Part shown: in pieces, positions 44,760 to 53,501 of the stretch
How positions within the stretch are numbered: position 1 is the first letter of the stretch
Layout: each line of letters begins with the position of its first letter
IMG/VR virus record: IMGVR_UViG_3300033485_000017
Location: 1-54,625 of that record
DNA from: a virus
Lineage: Duplodnaviria > Caudoviricetes
DNA length: 54,625 nucleotides
Reading direction: 5' to 3' (one strand)
Translations under genes and position numbers: made by a program
Notes under the pieces: model-generated
Told to the model about the DNA's origin: nothing
Databases searched by the model: none
What the model saw: only the letters and a program-made list of their open reading frames with translations

Positions 44760-46265
44760 TCATTTACTCCACCTCTTCATCAGTCCACCATCCGACTTTA
44801 TGGGCACTCTGCAATAAGACCTCCCGGTAGCCTTATCTATCAGCACGTTGTTCATGACCTCTTCAAGTAGTGCTTCCACCGTATCCCCGTCGTCTTCAGG
44901 GCATTCTATAAGTAACTCATCATATATTGACATTTCTGGAAAAGCAGAAATGCCGTACTCCTTCATTTGCTGGAGCCGCTCCCCGGATTCCCCCATCGCC
45001 AGTTTCATGATGTCCGCGCTGTAGCCCTGAATGCCGTGGTTTGCCGCCTGCCTGACCCCAGCCTCCTGAATGTAACTGTGGCAGGACCTCACCTCGGGAA
45101 CCCGCCTCACACGCCCCGCGGCGGTCCAGACAATTCCGAACCGCCGGGCCTTCTCCTCCTCGGCACGGAGATACTTCCTGACCCGCGGATAGAGGGCAAA
45201 CCACTTCTCGATAAACTCATCACACCACTGCTCGGTCATGTAGTCCGGCATGGGTGTGTTGGCTGTAGCGAATGTGACTGCCATTAGGTCCAGCAACCCA
45301 GCCCCGGTAATCCCGTACGCAGTCGCAAACGTACAATTTTTCGCTGGGGCACGATAGAGCAGTTTGCCTGGACCTTTGGATACTTCCTCGACAGTGACTC
45401 CGGGAAACACGCCTATTGCTGTGCGCACGTGCACGTCTCCATCCTCAGCATAGATCTGGATTAGGGTTGGATCGCCCGACCGGTCGGCCATTAGCCTGAC
45501 CTCAATTTGTGCCCAATCCCTCTGTGCGATGACGTGGCCTTCTGAGGCGATGAACCCATTACGGATCTCCTGCCCCAGCTTAGTCCGAGTGGGGATGTTG
45601 CCTAGGTTCGGGCTCTTGCTGGCAGTCCGCCCAGTCGCCGTTCTGGTCGTAAGGAGTTGGGTGTGGACTCGCCACTCGTCTGTCCAGTGGTGACGGCCGC
45701 AGAGTGGGCAGTCCTTGCCGTGTGGGTGGAACCGGGCCTGGCGTGGCATCGACCGTGCATAGGTCCCATCCAACTTGGAGCACTCCCGGTATTCCAGGAT
45801 CAGCGGCACGACCGGATGTTCGCGCTTCAGTTGTTCGAGCGTCTTCTTTCCAGTCGAGAGCCTCTCGCCGCCCTTTGTCTTCTTGACCTTGACACCCTTG
45901 GTGAACTGCAACCCCAGCACATCGTAAAGTAGTTCGGCGATCTTGGCACCGGATTCGACGTTGAAGGGAACGTCCTCGGTGGGGGGAGTGAGGGAATTTT
46001 CCGAGTCGGAAGATTCATCATCAGGCGGGAGGGAGACCTCGACGAACCGGTCCAGACTTTCAGGAGGGATCTCGTTCAGAATGTCACAACGCAGGTCGGC
46101 CATCCGGGATTGGAGCTTGGAGGACAGGGCTGCGAAATAGGGAACGTCGATCCGCATTCCGAACCGCATCATCTGGCGCAACATGGGAACCTGGAGCAGG
46201 TCGAGGCGCCGGATGTTCTCGGGGTCGGGGCGGTCCGGGAGGGTGATGTTGCCGTAGAGGGGCAT
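44760..46265 (-). CDS. polA: Family A DNA polymerase, polymerase domain only
   Basis: TATGRTASKSPNLGNIP; motif A DWAQIEVR; motif B RAPAKNCTFATAYG; motif C IYDE. Confidence 0.93.
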   Translation of the reverse strand: MPLYGNITLPDRPDPENIRRLDLLQVPMLRQMMRFGMRIDVPYFAALSSKLQSRMADLRCDILNEIPPESLDRFVEVSLPPDDESSDSENSLTPPTEDVPFNVESGAKIAELLYDVLGLQFTKGVKVKKTKGGERLSTGKKTLEQLKREHPVVPLILEYRECSKLDGTYARSMPRQARFHPHGKDCPLCGRHHWTDEWRVHTQLLTTRTATGRTASKSPNLGNIPTRTKLGQEIRNGFIASEGHVIAQRDWAQIEVRLMADRSGDPTLIQIYAEDGDVHVRTAIGVFPGVTVEEVSKGPGKLLYRAPAKNCTFATAYGITGAGLLDLMAVTFATANTPMPDYMTEQWCDEFIEKWFALYPRVRKYLRAEEEKARRFGIVWTAAGRVRRVPEVRSCHSYIQEAGVRQAANHGIQGYSADIMKLAMGESGERLQQMKEYGISAFPEMSIYDELLIECPEDDGDTVEALLEEVMNNVLIDKATGRSYCRVPIKSDGGLMKRWSK

Positions 46266-46663
46266 CAGGTCCGATCTATGTAGATCCGTTCCAGGACTAT
46301 CTTTTGCTTGAGGCTAACGAATCCCGTTAAGTTCCACTGCTCCGCCACGCTGTCAATGAATCCGCGTTCCCAATCAGTCAACCTCGTGCTAACTACACGG
46401 ATGTTCTCAATCCACCACGAGACGGTCTCAGCCTCGTCAGGTCCCTTCAAGGAAGATGGCCGTCCTGGGGGCAGGTGTGTATCGACAGAGCGCGTGCCCT
46501 GTGCAAGCTGCTTGGCAAAGGCCCGGCGCTCGGAGCAGAGCGCAGGATGGCGTTTGAGGAACCGGTTCTTGTCTTTCGGTTGGCAGCAGGCTCCGCACTT
46601 GCATTCCGCACTACCATCTGGCTTCACGGTGACACTCATGGTTTTCCTTTCCTTTGCCGTCAC
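46265..46663 (-). CDS. Hypothetical protein (Cys cluster; LTDWERGFIDS..SLKQ C-terminal domain)
   Basis: Coupled to both neighbours. Confidence 0.65.
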   Translation of the reverse strand: MTAKERKTMSVTVKPDGSAECKCGACCQPKDKNRFLKRHPALCSERRAFAKQLAQGTRSVDTHLPPGRPSSLKGPDEAETVSWWIENIRVVSTRLTDWERGFIDSVAEQWNLTGFVSLKQKIVLERIYIDRT

Positions 46664-47094
46664 ACGATGAGGATGCCCTTCATGTAGGGCACGACAGTGA
46701 TATCCAGGTCTAACACCCGGCCGTGGGTTTTAGCGGACTTGATTGTGAAGTCGGCAAATCCCCCAAAGTGGGTGTCCTTCTCCTGTGTCAACCGGAAGAA
46801 ATCCTCCCGGCCTAGATAGACCTTTTTCGGTGTTCGGTAACCCGCGGCGCTTATTTGTTCTCTCGCTTCGAGAATCAAGCGAAATACAAGCAGATCCGGG
46901 TCGAAATGTACTACACGTAATACTGGCTGTACATCGATGAAGGGATGTGCTGCCCGCGTCTGTTTGAGGAACCACCAGCACACTTTCTGAAGCCAAGCCC
47001 ACCGCCCTTTGGGATGGATTTCCCAAGCCGGTGTGGCTACGGGCATCGTGCCAGCCCTTTCCGTGAAGCACATGGACATCAATTGGGGTAACAT
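46660..47094 (-). CDS. Hypothetical protein
   Basis: AAGGAGG RBS. Confidence 0.65.
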   Translation of the reverse strand: MLPQLMSMCFTERAGTMPVATPAWEIHPKGRWAWLQKVCWWFLKQTRAAHPFIDVQPVLRVVHFDPDLLVFRLILEAREQISAAGYRTPKKVYLGREDFFRLTQEKDTHFGGFADFTIKSAKTHGRVLDLDITVVPYMKGILIV

Positions 47095-47114
47095 CGGTCC
47101 TCCTTCTGGGACAG

Positions 47115-47279
47115 TTAGCGTCCCTTAGACAGCAGCAGTTTCCATGCCTGTAACTGGGACTGTGGCAGCAGTGGGTCAACGGCGAAAACTGTCTTACGCA
47201 GCGCCGGTGGCACAGGCTTGGACTCAGGTTTGGGTTTGCGCTTCGGTTGTGCCGGGGCCAGTTGTAACTTGGGCTTCAT
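47115..47279 (-). CDS. Small basic Pro/Lys-rich protein
   Basis: ATGA overlap at 47276-47279. Confidence 0.5.
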   Translation of the reverse strand: MKPKLQLAPAQPKRKPKPESKPVPPALRKTVFAVDPLLPQSQLQAWKLLLSKGR

Positions 47280-47638
47280 GCAGTCCGCCTCCCCGGCGCT
47301 TGCTTCGTCAGTGCCTTCCGCATCTCTGGATCGTTCTTCTCCATCTCCATACCTACACAGAGCCCGATGTGGAAGAATGCCTCCAGGCCGGCACATAGAA
47401 CCTTAGCCAACTTGCACTCCTCTTCCACAAGTAACTCCGGTGCCGCTTCCCCAAACAACAACCTCGCCATATGCGCGGCAACGTTCATCTGGGAGACGAA
47501 GTACTTCTCGTTCTTACGCATGTCCTCGACGAATGGGTAGCGCTCCTCTAAGTCGGCGATGACTTCCTTGGCCTTCTCAAAGTCCGAGGTTATCCTGCTT
47601 CCCACGATCAGATCGAACGCTTGGTCGAAGGTTTTCAT
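47276..47638 (-). CDS. Hypothetical protein
   Basis: Start at ATG 47638, next to the upstream stop. Confidence 0.6.
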   Translation of the reverse strand: MKTFDQAFDLIVGSRITSDFEKAKEVIADLEERYPFVEDMRKNEKYFVSQMNVAAHMARLLFGEAAPELLVEEECKLAKVLCAGLEAFFHIGLCVGMEMEKNDPEMRKALTKQAPGRRTA

Positions 47639-47639
47639 C

Positions 47640-48257
47640 TCATGCCCACCTTTCGTGTTTTGTAAGTACCCTTCGCATTTTCTCCAGAGCTTCTTTGTGC
47701 AGACGGCAAATGGTACTCTCACTGCACTGGTGCACACGTGCGATCTCGGCTATTGTAAGCTGGTCCCAGTAATATTCCTCAATGATTGTCCGCAGCCTGG
47801 GGCGTAGGGAGTTCAATGCGACGGCCGCGTCCTGGTGCTGCTGGGTAATCTCGTCCGGTCTGGGGTTCGGATCGCATTGACTCAGACTGACGTGAAGCTC
47901 CACACTTTGGGGGAACACTAGACGTGCCCAGTCACGTGGTCTCTGTATTCCATGTAGACCACCCGGCCGATACTGGCGCTTGTAATCCACAATGGCCTTG
48001 CGCATCCGTATCCGAATGAACTTAGTCTGCTGGAGCAGTTGGAAACGGCGGTCCAAGCGGGACAATGCAGTTACATACCCTTTCAGAGATTCCGAGATAG
48101 CGTCCTCCCATTCGTTGGGCCGGACATGCAACACACGGGCTAGCATGTGCGCCAGATCCTTTGCCTTATCATAAGGGAGCAATTCCTCGATTGTGTTAGT
48201 GCCATCCCCGTTGGCGGTGGCAGCACAGATAGCAGTGGTAGCAGTGGCAGAACTCAT
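47640..48257 (-). CDS. Sigma70-family (FliA/WhiG-like) RNA polymerase sigma factor
   Basis: Region-2-like RIRMRKAIVDYKR; region 4 LNSLRPRLRTIIEEYYWDQLTIAEIARVHQCSESTICRLHKEALEKMR. Confidence 0.8.
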   Translation of the reverse strand: MSSATATTAICAATANGDGTNTIEELLPYDKAKDLAHMLARVLHVRPNEWEDAISESLKGYVTALSRLDRRFQLLQQTKFIRIRMRKAIVDYKRQYRPGGLHGIQRPRDWARLVFPQSVELHVSLSQCDPNPRPDEITQQHQDAAVALNSLRPRLRTIIEEYYWDQLTIAEIARVHQCSESTICRLHKEALEKMRRVLTKHERWA

Positions 48258-49705
48258 GCGACTCTCCATTCCTCTTCAACAATCCGCTCGCGTTCGCGCT
48301 CCAGCCAGAGCGCCAGCTTTCCGGTCCGGTCGGCATCAGAGCATCCATACCGCACCGCTTCCTCGATGGGCACATGCACAATGCTCTTCCTCGGCATCCT
48401 CCCCACCACCTGCTCCAACCCCTCCAGCCACGGCCTCCCCAGCAGTCTGCACTTCTCCTCGCCTTTCTGCCATTTCGGAGCCTGCCATGGGTCGTAGTCG
48501 GAGCCGTCCGAGAGCTTAGACATGATGCGGCGCAGGACAGCCTCGGCCTCGTGGGGCTTCGTGTGAAGCAGTTCTTTGCGGTGAGACTTGCCACAAACTG
48601 GGCAACCCTTGCCGATTGGATGTGTCACTATGGACTGCATGTGCTCGGAGACGTGGGCGAGGGACTCGGCCAGCCACCCGTCCAGGGCAGCCTTGGAATG
48701 CGGCACCACGGTCTCGTTATAGCTGGTCATCCGGTGGCCAGAGGTGCGGTAAGTGGCAGCTTTCAGACCTTGAGGGAGGTTGCCCAAGTGGTATAGTTCC
48801 TGCATCGTATCGCGGAATTCATGCGGGCTGGCACCTGCCTCTTCCAGCGGCCCCAGATCGGCTGGGGCGTTGTGCAGCGTGCACTTGCCGCCCCACTCCC
48901 ATTCGAAAGCCAGAGCAAAGGCTTCCAGAAGGCGCCGGTCTTTGAACAGGATCATGCGTGCCACGCCCGGCGCTACAGAGTACTGGATGGACCACGGCCG
49001 CCCCTCGTCGCTCTCCGTATCAATAGCCAGATACTCGTACAGGTCAGAGACGGGATGCCGCAGCGAGCGCAGCACGTCGGCTTCGTCAGTCAGTAGCTTG
49101 TAGTCTGTCACCAACAGATCGCTTGACTCCACCGATGGGGGTTGCCACTTACCCCTGAGCCACATGCCAAACCGCTCCCAGTCCTCCAGCAGCGGCGTCA
49201 TGTAGCGCGTCTCGTGCATCCCAGCAGCCGGGTGATACATTGGCACAACCCACCCGCTCCATCCCCCCAACCCTTCGCAGTTCTCCACCCTTCGTGGGAA
49301 CCCGTGCTCCAGCTCCAGGTCCACATCCCCCGCGAGCGAACATGCGACCGCGCCACAGAGGATGATGATTTCCGGCCACACGGCCCAGATCTCTTCCCAT
49401 AGGTGGTTCTTTGCACACGAGGACACGAGCGCCGCCGCCGGCCGCACGTCCACTCCGTTGCGCTCCTGCCTGCACTGGACACAGTTAGTAGCGAAGACCT
49501 CGCCGCGGGTAAGCCCGGCTAAGTGCAGGTACGTTTCGTCGAGTTCCTGCCCGGCCCGGCCGCAGAATGGGATGCCGCTTTTGTCCTCCCAGACCCCAGG
49601 CCCTTCTCCCACAGCCATGATGCGCGCGTCGAGCGGCCCATCAGGAAAAACCTGCCGGTGATCATCGGGGCAATTGGGGCAACGGGAGTAAGTCCAGGGT
49701 TGCAT
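48254..49705 (-). CDS. Family-4 uracil-DNA glycosylase domain fused to a PolA-type 3'-5' exonuclease (N-terminal half of a split polymerase)
   Basis: VGEGPG, PFCGRAG, TNCVQC and YHPAA; ExoI IDTE, ExoII HNAPADL, ExoIII YGCSD. Confidence 0.88.
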   Translation of the reverse strand: MQPWTYSRCPNCPDDHRQVFPDGPLDARIMAVGEGPGVWEDKSGIPFCGRAGQELDETYLHLAGLTRGEVFATNCVQCRQERNGVDVRPAAALVSSCAKNHLWEEIWAVWPEIIILCGAVACSLAGDVDLELEHGFPRRVENCEGLGGWSGWVVPMYHPAAGMHETRYMTPLLEDWERFGMWLRGKWQPPSVESSDLLVTDYKLLTDEADVLRSLRHPVSDLYEYLAIDTESDEGRPWSIQYSVAPGVARMILFKDRRLLEAFALAFEWEWGGKCTLHNAPADLGPLEEAGASPHEFRDTMQELYHLGNLPQGLKAATYRTSGHRMTSYNETVVPHSKAALDGWLAESLAHVSEHMQSIVTHPIGKGCPVCGKSHRKELLHTKPHEAEAVLRRIMSKLSDGSDYDPWQAPKWQKGEEKCRLLGRPWLEGLEQVVGRMPRKSIVHVPIEEAVRYGCSDADRTGKLALWLERERERIVEEEWRVA

Positions 49706-50073
49706 CAGAACGGCACTCCGTCATCTTCCTTCTGGAAAAGGACCCGATCCGGAGGTGGGCGGTGCTTCGGATTGTATCCCGTGAACTTTCCGTCTATCCG
49801 TTTTTGGTTGCAAGTAAGTGCCGAATGGAATGCGGTGGACAGCATCAACAGGTTATCCCCGGAATTGTTGGTCTTGTCGAAGTCTAGGTGGTGCACCTCG
49901 TAAGGCCATGGGAGTAAGATGCGAATGGAGTAAGGCGTCATTGCCACGTTATCCTCGACGACCTTGCGGTGCACATACTGGCCACGCAAGTCCTTCGGCG
50001 AGGTGTAGCGTAGATGCCCGGCTTTAGTCTTCTGAACCCCCTTACCATAGAAGTTCAGCTTCTGCTCTCGCAT
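49705..50073 (-). CDS. HNH endonuclease
   Basis: YVHRKV..EVHHLDFDKTNNSGDNL..H. Confidence 0.8.
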   Translation of the reverse strand: MREQKLNFYGKGVQKTKAGHLRYTSPKDLRGQYVHRKVVEDNVAMTPYSIRILLPWPYEVHHLDFDKTNNSGDNLLMLSTAFHSALTCNQKRIDGKFTGYNPKHRPPPDRVLFQKEDDGVPF

Positions 50074-50825
50074 TGCGTGACCGCCTGCACAATGTTCTCA
50101 GCCGTCTTCTGGCCTATGCGCATCCCCTTGATTCCAAGCCAGCGCTCTACATCCGCGTTGGCCATATCCCTAGCGGACCTGAAGTGCGGCGCCAAGTCCA
50201 ACCACCGTGAGTCAATCCCAGGCAAATCCGCTAGCCATTTCTCCAGCAATGTCGGATCGTGCCGCATCGCCGCCTTGGTTCCCTTCCTGGGCCTCTGCGG
50301 TACCGGTGCATAGATCGACCGGCTGACCGACGTGTGCTCCTCCCAGGGCTTCTGCCACCAGTGGAACCGATCCACCACGGCCGCGCACGTCTCTTCCTGA
50401 TCCTGTGTCCGCCACACGTGCAGGTTGGTCCAGTCCCGTGTTGTGGCCTCCAGCGAACACAGGAACGAATCCACTTCCGAATACCGCACCTGGCCCCGGA
50501 TGGTGTGCCACCCGCCGTTCCTGTACTCCACCATCCCAGACTCGCGCTGGCGCCGCCAGATCCCCTCGACCAGCACATAGATCTCGTCATAGGTCTGGGT
50601 CATGCCAATGAGTTGGGAGCCTGCCAGGCGGTGGTCACGCATCGAGTTGACCAAATCCTGGATCGTCTTACGTTCAACCCCGACGAGGATTGTGCCATCG
50701 GCGCCGCAACCGGTGAATTCGAAGTCCGAGGCCAGTTCGCCATCTGCGATGCGGGCATCGGCTCCCAGATTGCGGAGCCCGTCCAGCAACTCCCGGCTTC
50801 CCGTTCTTGGGTCAACCAGGATCAT
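50055..50825 (-). CDS. ERCC4/XPF-type nuclease with HhH, candidate junction resolvase
   Basis: ILVDPR, DF, GVERKTIQDL; LPGI and IGQKTA HhH segments. Confidence 0.8.
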   Translation of the reverse strand: MILVDPRTGSRELLDGLRNLGADARIADGELASDFEFTGCGADGTILVGVERKTIQDLVNSMRDHRLAGSQLIGMTQTYDEIYVLVEGIWRRQRESGMVEYRNGGWHTIRGQVRYSEVDSFLCSLEATTRDWTNLHVWRTQDQEETCAAVVDRFHWWQKPWEEHTSVSRSIYAPVPQRPRKGTKAAMRHDPTLLEKWLADLPGIDSRWLDLAPHFRSARDMANADVERWLGIKGMRIGQKTAENIVQAVTQCESRS

Positions 50826-51049
50826 GCCACGTGGCCTGTGTGCAGTTGCTGTTCCAGACGGTCGAGCGTGTCCTCGGCTTCCAGGATGACCAGTCCAGGG
50901 TCCACATTCATGCCGCAGCCGGTCCAGCAGCGCATCCGGGCGACCTCCAAGTACCGGCGTAGCAACCAACTACTACCGGCACTGGTGCACCGATTCGCCA
51001 GCCGGTGCACGAACAATACCTCTTCCTGTGTGGTGTAAGGGGGTTCCAT
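50822..51049 (-). CDS. Hypothetical protein
   Basis: AAGGAG RBS; ATGA coupling. Confidence 0.6.
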   Translation of the reverse strand: MEPPYTTQEEVLFVHRLANRCTSAGSSWLLRRYLEVARMRCWTGCGMNVDPGLVILEAEDTLDRLEQQLHTGHVA

Positions 51050-51060
51050 GGGACGCTCCT

Positions 51061-51288
51061 TCAGGCCGGCAGAGGGTTGCCGTCCGGGTCTTCCGGGTCC
51101 AGGAACACGGCACGCTCAACGTCGATATCCCCGACCAGCTCAGAGGCGTGCAGCTTCATCTCTGCCTTGGCTAGTGCCGTGGCGTCAACCAGCGAAGGTG
51201 CCTCGAACGTGCCGCCGTATTCCAGTTCGGCCCGCAAAATGATATGGTATTTGCGCACGTTAGTCCTCTTCCGCCGGTAAGTGGGCAA
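51061..51288 (-). CDS. Hypothetical protein (start may be GTG 51258)
   Basis: GAGGA before the internal GTG. Confidence 0.55.
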   Translation of the reverse strand: MPTYRRKRTNVRKYHIILRAELEYGGTFEAPSLVDATALAKAEMKLHASELVGDIDVERAVFLDPEDPDGNPLPA

Positions 51289-52000
51289 CGTGGTTCGGGC
51301 CTATCTCCGGGTCCACTTCGCGCAGCAGCCCGGCGACCGCCTTTGCAACTGCTTCATCGTGCGTATAGGGGGGCTTGCGGTGCCCCTCTGGGCGCATGGG
51401 GAGATTGTTGAAGTCGATCCCGGCGATGAGTCGGGAAATGACTGACCCGAATGAGTCAAGCGGGATGCGGTAGCCACGTTGGTAGAACTTCAGAATACGC
51501 AGCATGGAGCCGCCCGCCTCCTCCTCCCGTACAGGAGACGTATAGATCAGCCGCTTTGCCGCTAGGTCCGGGTAGAACCTGTTATCACAGGTGGATTTCC
51601 ACAGCGGCAATCCCTCGTGCTGAACCAGGATCGGATCTGCCCAGAAGGCCGCCCTGGAAATGGTGAAGTCAAACGAGTTCAGGGCATTAATGGGATGAGA
51701 GAAGACCCACCTGTGAATGATCTGGATGGGGTACCGGTAGCCCAGCACCGTAATCGCGTTGTCCGTGGGGATGAGCCTCCAGTCTGGATGCTCACTCAGC
51801 AGCTCCCCGGCGTACTGCTTGGCGCTCTCCTTGGATGCCACAAACAAATCAATGTCGTTGATTTCCTCGCCAGAAACCGCAGCCCGAATGAATCCACCAG
51901 CGACAAACACTTCCATGGGATGCCGCTTCAGCAGTTCGAGCACTGACTTGGGGGCAAGGCGCAGTGCCCTGCCTAAGTCATGCCAAGTAAGTTCTACCAT
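51260..52000 (-). CDS. Nucleotidyltransferase, tRNA-NTase/poly(A) polymerase-like head domain
   Basis: VAGGFIR..NDIDLFV..FDFTI..RILKFYQRGY. Confidence 0.75.
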   Translation of the reverse strand: MVELTWHDLGRALRLAPKSVLELLKRHPMEVFVAGGFIRAAVSGEEINDIDLFVASKESAKQYAGELLSEHPDWRLIPTDNAITVLGYRYPIQIIHRWVFSHPINALNSFDFTISRAAFWADPILVQHEGLPLWKSTCDNRFYPDLAAKRLIYTSPVREEEAGGSMLRILKFYQRGYRIPLDSFGSVISRLIAGIDFNNLPMRPEGHRKPPYTHDEAVAKAVAGLLREVDPEIGPNHVAHLPAEED

Positions 52001-52011
52001 TACCGGTCTCC

Positions 52012-52827
52012 TTATTCCCCCGGCCGCAGCAGGGCATGTAAGTTGGAGTAAGTCACCGACGCTCCAGTCAACACGCCCTGCTCGCCAGCCAGCCCGCTGT
52101 TGTCCTGACTCTCATAGATGTCCAGTCCGAACCTGTCCACCCAAGTCTCGTCTTTGCCTAACTTCCTGGTTCGGTCGTGCGTCATCCGCACAAGCGTTGT
52201 GGTCGTATATCCCAGGTGGGGAGGACCATCCGGCTTAGTGAACCCGGTCCGGTTGTCCTGTTTGTACTCATCCCGTTCCCAAAATGTGATGAGAAGGGTC
52301 TTGTGTGAGAGGCCGTCCATCAGGTCGGTCCAGTCCTGTTTGGGCGGCCCCCACACCCGCGACCGGCCCACATCCTGTTTTTTGCCGAAGTGCGCAAACG
52401 AGATCCAGTCCCATATTTGGGTGCCTGTCTCGATGATGATGGGGTCGATCTCCGGCACCCTGCCCAACTCCACCACCGCCTTGAGCAATCTCTGGTAAGC
52501 GGCGGTGTAGATGGACTTGATCTTGTTGTTGTCTCCGTCGCTCTCGCGGTCGAGCGTGGCGATCTGGAGTGACTCAGCTTGGGTAATGAAGTCGTCCTTG
52601 TTGATGAATGGGAACTCGTACCCCAGGTCGTTCGATACTTCCCGGACGGTCTTCCGGGTCTTCCGGTCCCCGACAATCCAACCGGGCCGCTTGCCGCGCT
52701 CGGCAGCCCATTCGGTCGCCGTGGCACAGAGCCGCGTCTTGCCGCTGCCCTCGCCGCCGAAGATGCCGATACAAGCCGCCTCCCGGCCGCTGAAATCACA
52801 GGTGAATCCCGCTGGTGCACTAATCAT
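52012..52827 (-). CDS. P-loop ATPase (AAA_24/Sak4-like)
   Basis: GIFGGEGSGKT Walker A; next to exonuclease and SSB-like genes. Confidence 0.75.
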   Translation of the reverse strand: MISAPAGFTCDFSGREAACIGIFGGEGSGKTRLCATATEWAAERGKRPGWIVGDRKTRKTVREVSNDLGYEFPFINKDDFITQAESLQIATLDRESDGDNNKIKSIYTAAYQRLLKAVVELGRVPEIDPIIIETGTQIWDWISFAHFGKKQDVGRSRVWGPPKQDWTDLMDGLSHKTLLITFWERDEYKQDNRTGFTKPDGPPHLGYTTTTLVRMTHDRTRKLGKDETWVDRFGLDIYESQDNSGLAGEQGVLTGASVTYSNLHALLRPGE

Positions 52828-53443
52828 CGAGAGTTCCTTCCTCCGGTTTCACTTGGTCTTTTGCCTTCTGCAACACGCCCCACCAGGACTCGACTTCGTA
52901 GGTCTCAAATTCAACCACGGTGGAGGTAACTCTAGGCTGGTACGGTCTGCTGTAGTCCCCAAGCACCCATAGAACGTCCCACTGAACCTGAGTGATGCCT
53001 CCACTGAGAGCGCAATAGGCAAGGCCCTGCTTGAGGAACAGCCAGCATTCAGCAACGCTTCGGATCTTCATAGTCGTCCGTTTGCATTCCCAAATGCGCA
53101 TCGGTTCGCAGAGCAGCAGTCCGTCCGGGGTGCCCAAGATCCCATCCCGCTCCCACTCGCCGGGCTGCCAGAGCAGTTCATCCTCGGGATACAGACTGGC
53201 ACAGGACTCCTCCCAGAACGCTCCCAATGCTGGCATCCATGGATAGTTATCTCGGCTGAACTTCTCGAATGGGAAATTTTCCGACTCGGAATCTTGCATC
53301 TTGCCGGCAGCCACTGCTAGATGTTTGTTGATCGCTTGGACGTGCACCCCGGCGGAGCGGGGACAGGAAGGTCTTGGCCTCAATGTCCTCCGCTCCATGC
53401 GGGAAGGAGTCAAGCGCAGTTGTGCCGTCCTAAGGACCCTCAT
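52820..53443 (-). CDS. PD-(D/E)XK exonuclease-like protein
   Basis: GTPDG..WECK..QGLAY. Confidence 0.75.
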   Translation of the reverse strand: MRVLRTAQLRLTPSRMERRTLRPRPSCPRSAGVHVQAINKHLAVAAGKMQDSESENFPFEKFSRDNYPWMPALGAFWEESCASLYPEDELLWQPGEWERDGILGTPDGLLLCEPMRIWECKRTTMKIRSVAECWLFLKQGLAYCALSGGITQVQWDVLWVLGDYSRPYQPRVTSTVVEFETYEVESWWGVLQKAKDQVKPEEGTLDD

Positions 53444-53501
53444 TCGTGCCGTCCAGTCGTCCAGTCTGTCCAACTGCCAGTTGTCAGTCCTGGTTAGGGT
53501 C

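Noticed and set aside
46265-48254. Intron or split intein joining the polymerase halves
   Set aside because: Five ordinary coupled ORFs fill the gap; no C/S..HN intein ends recognised.
52820-53443. Cas4/CRISPR-Cas system
   Set aside because: Lone PD-(D/E)XK nuclease in a recombination module; no Fe-S Cys pattern, array or other cas genes.
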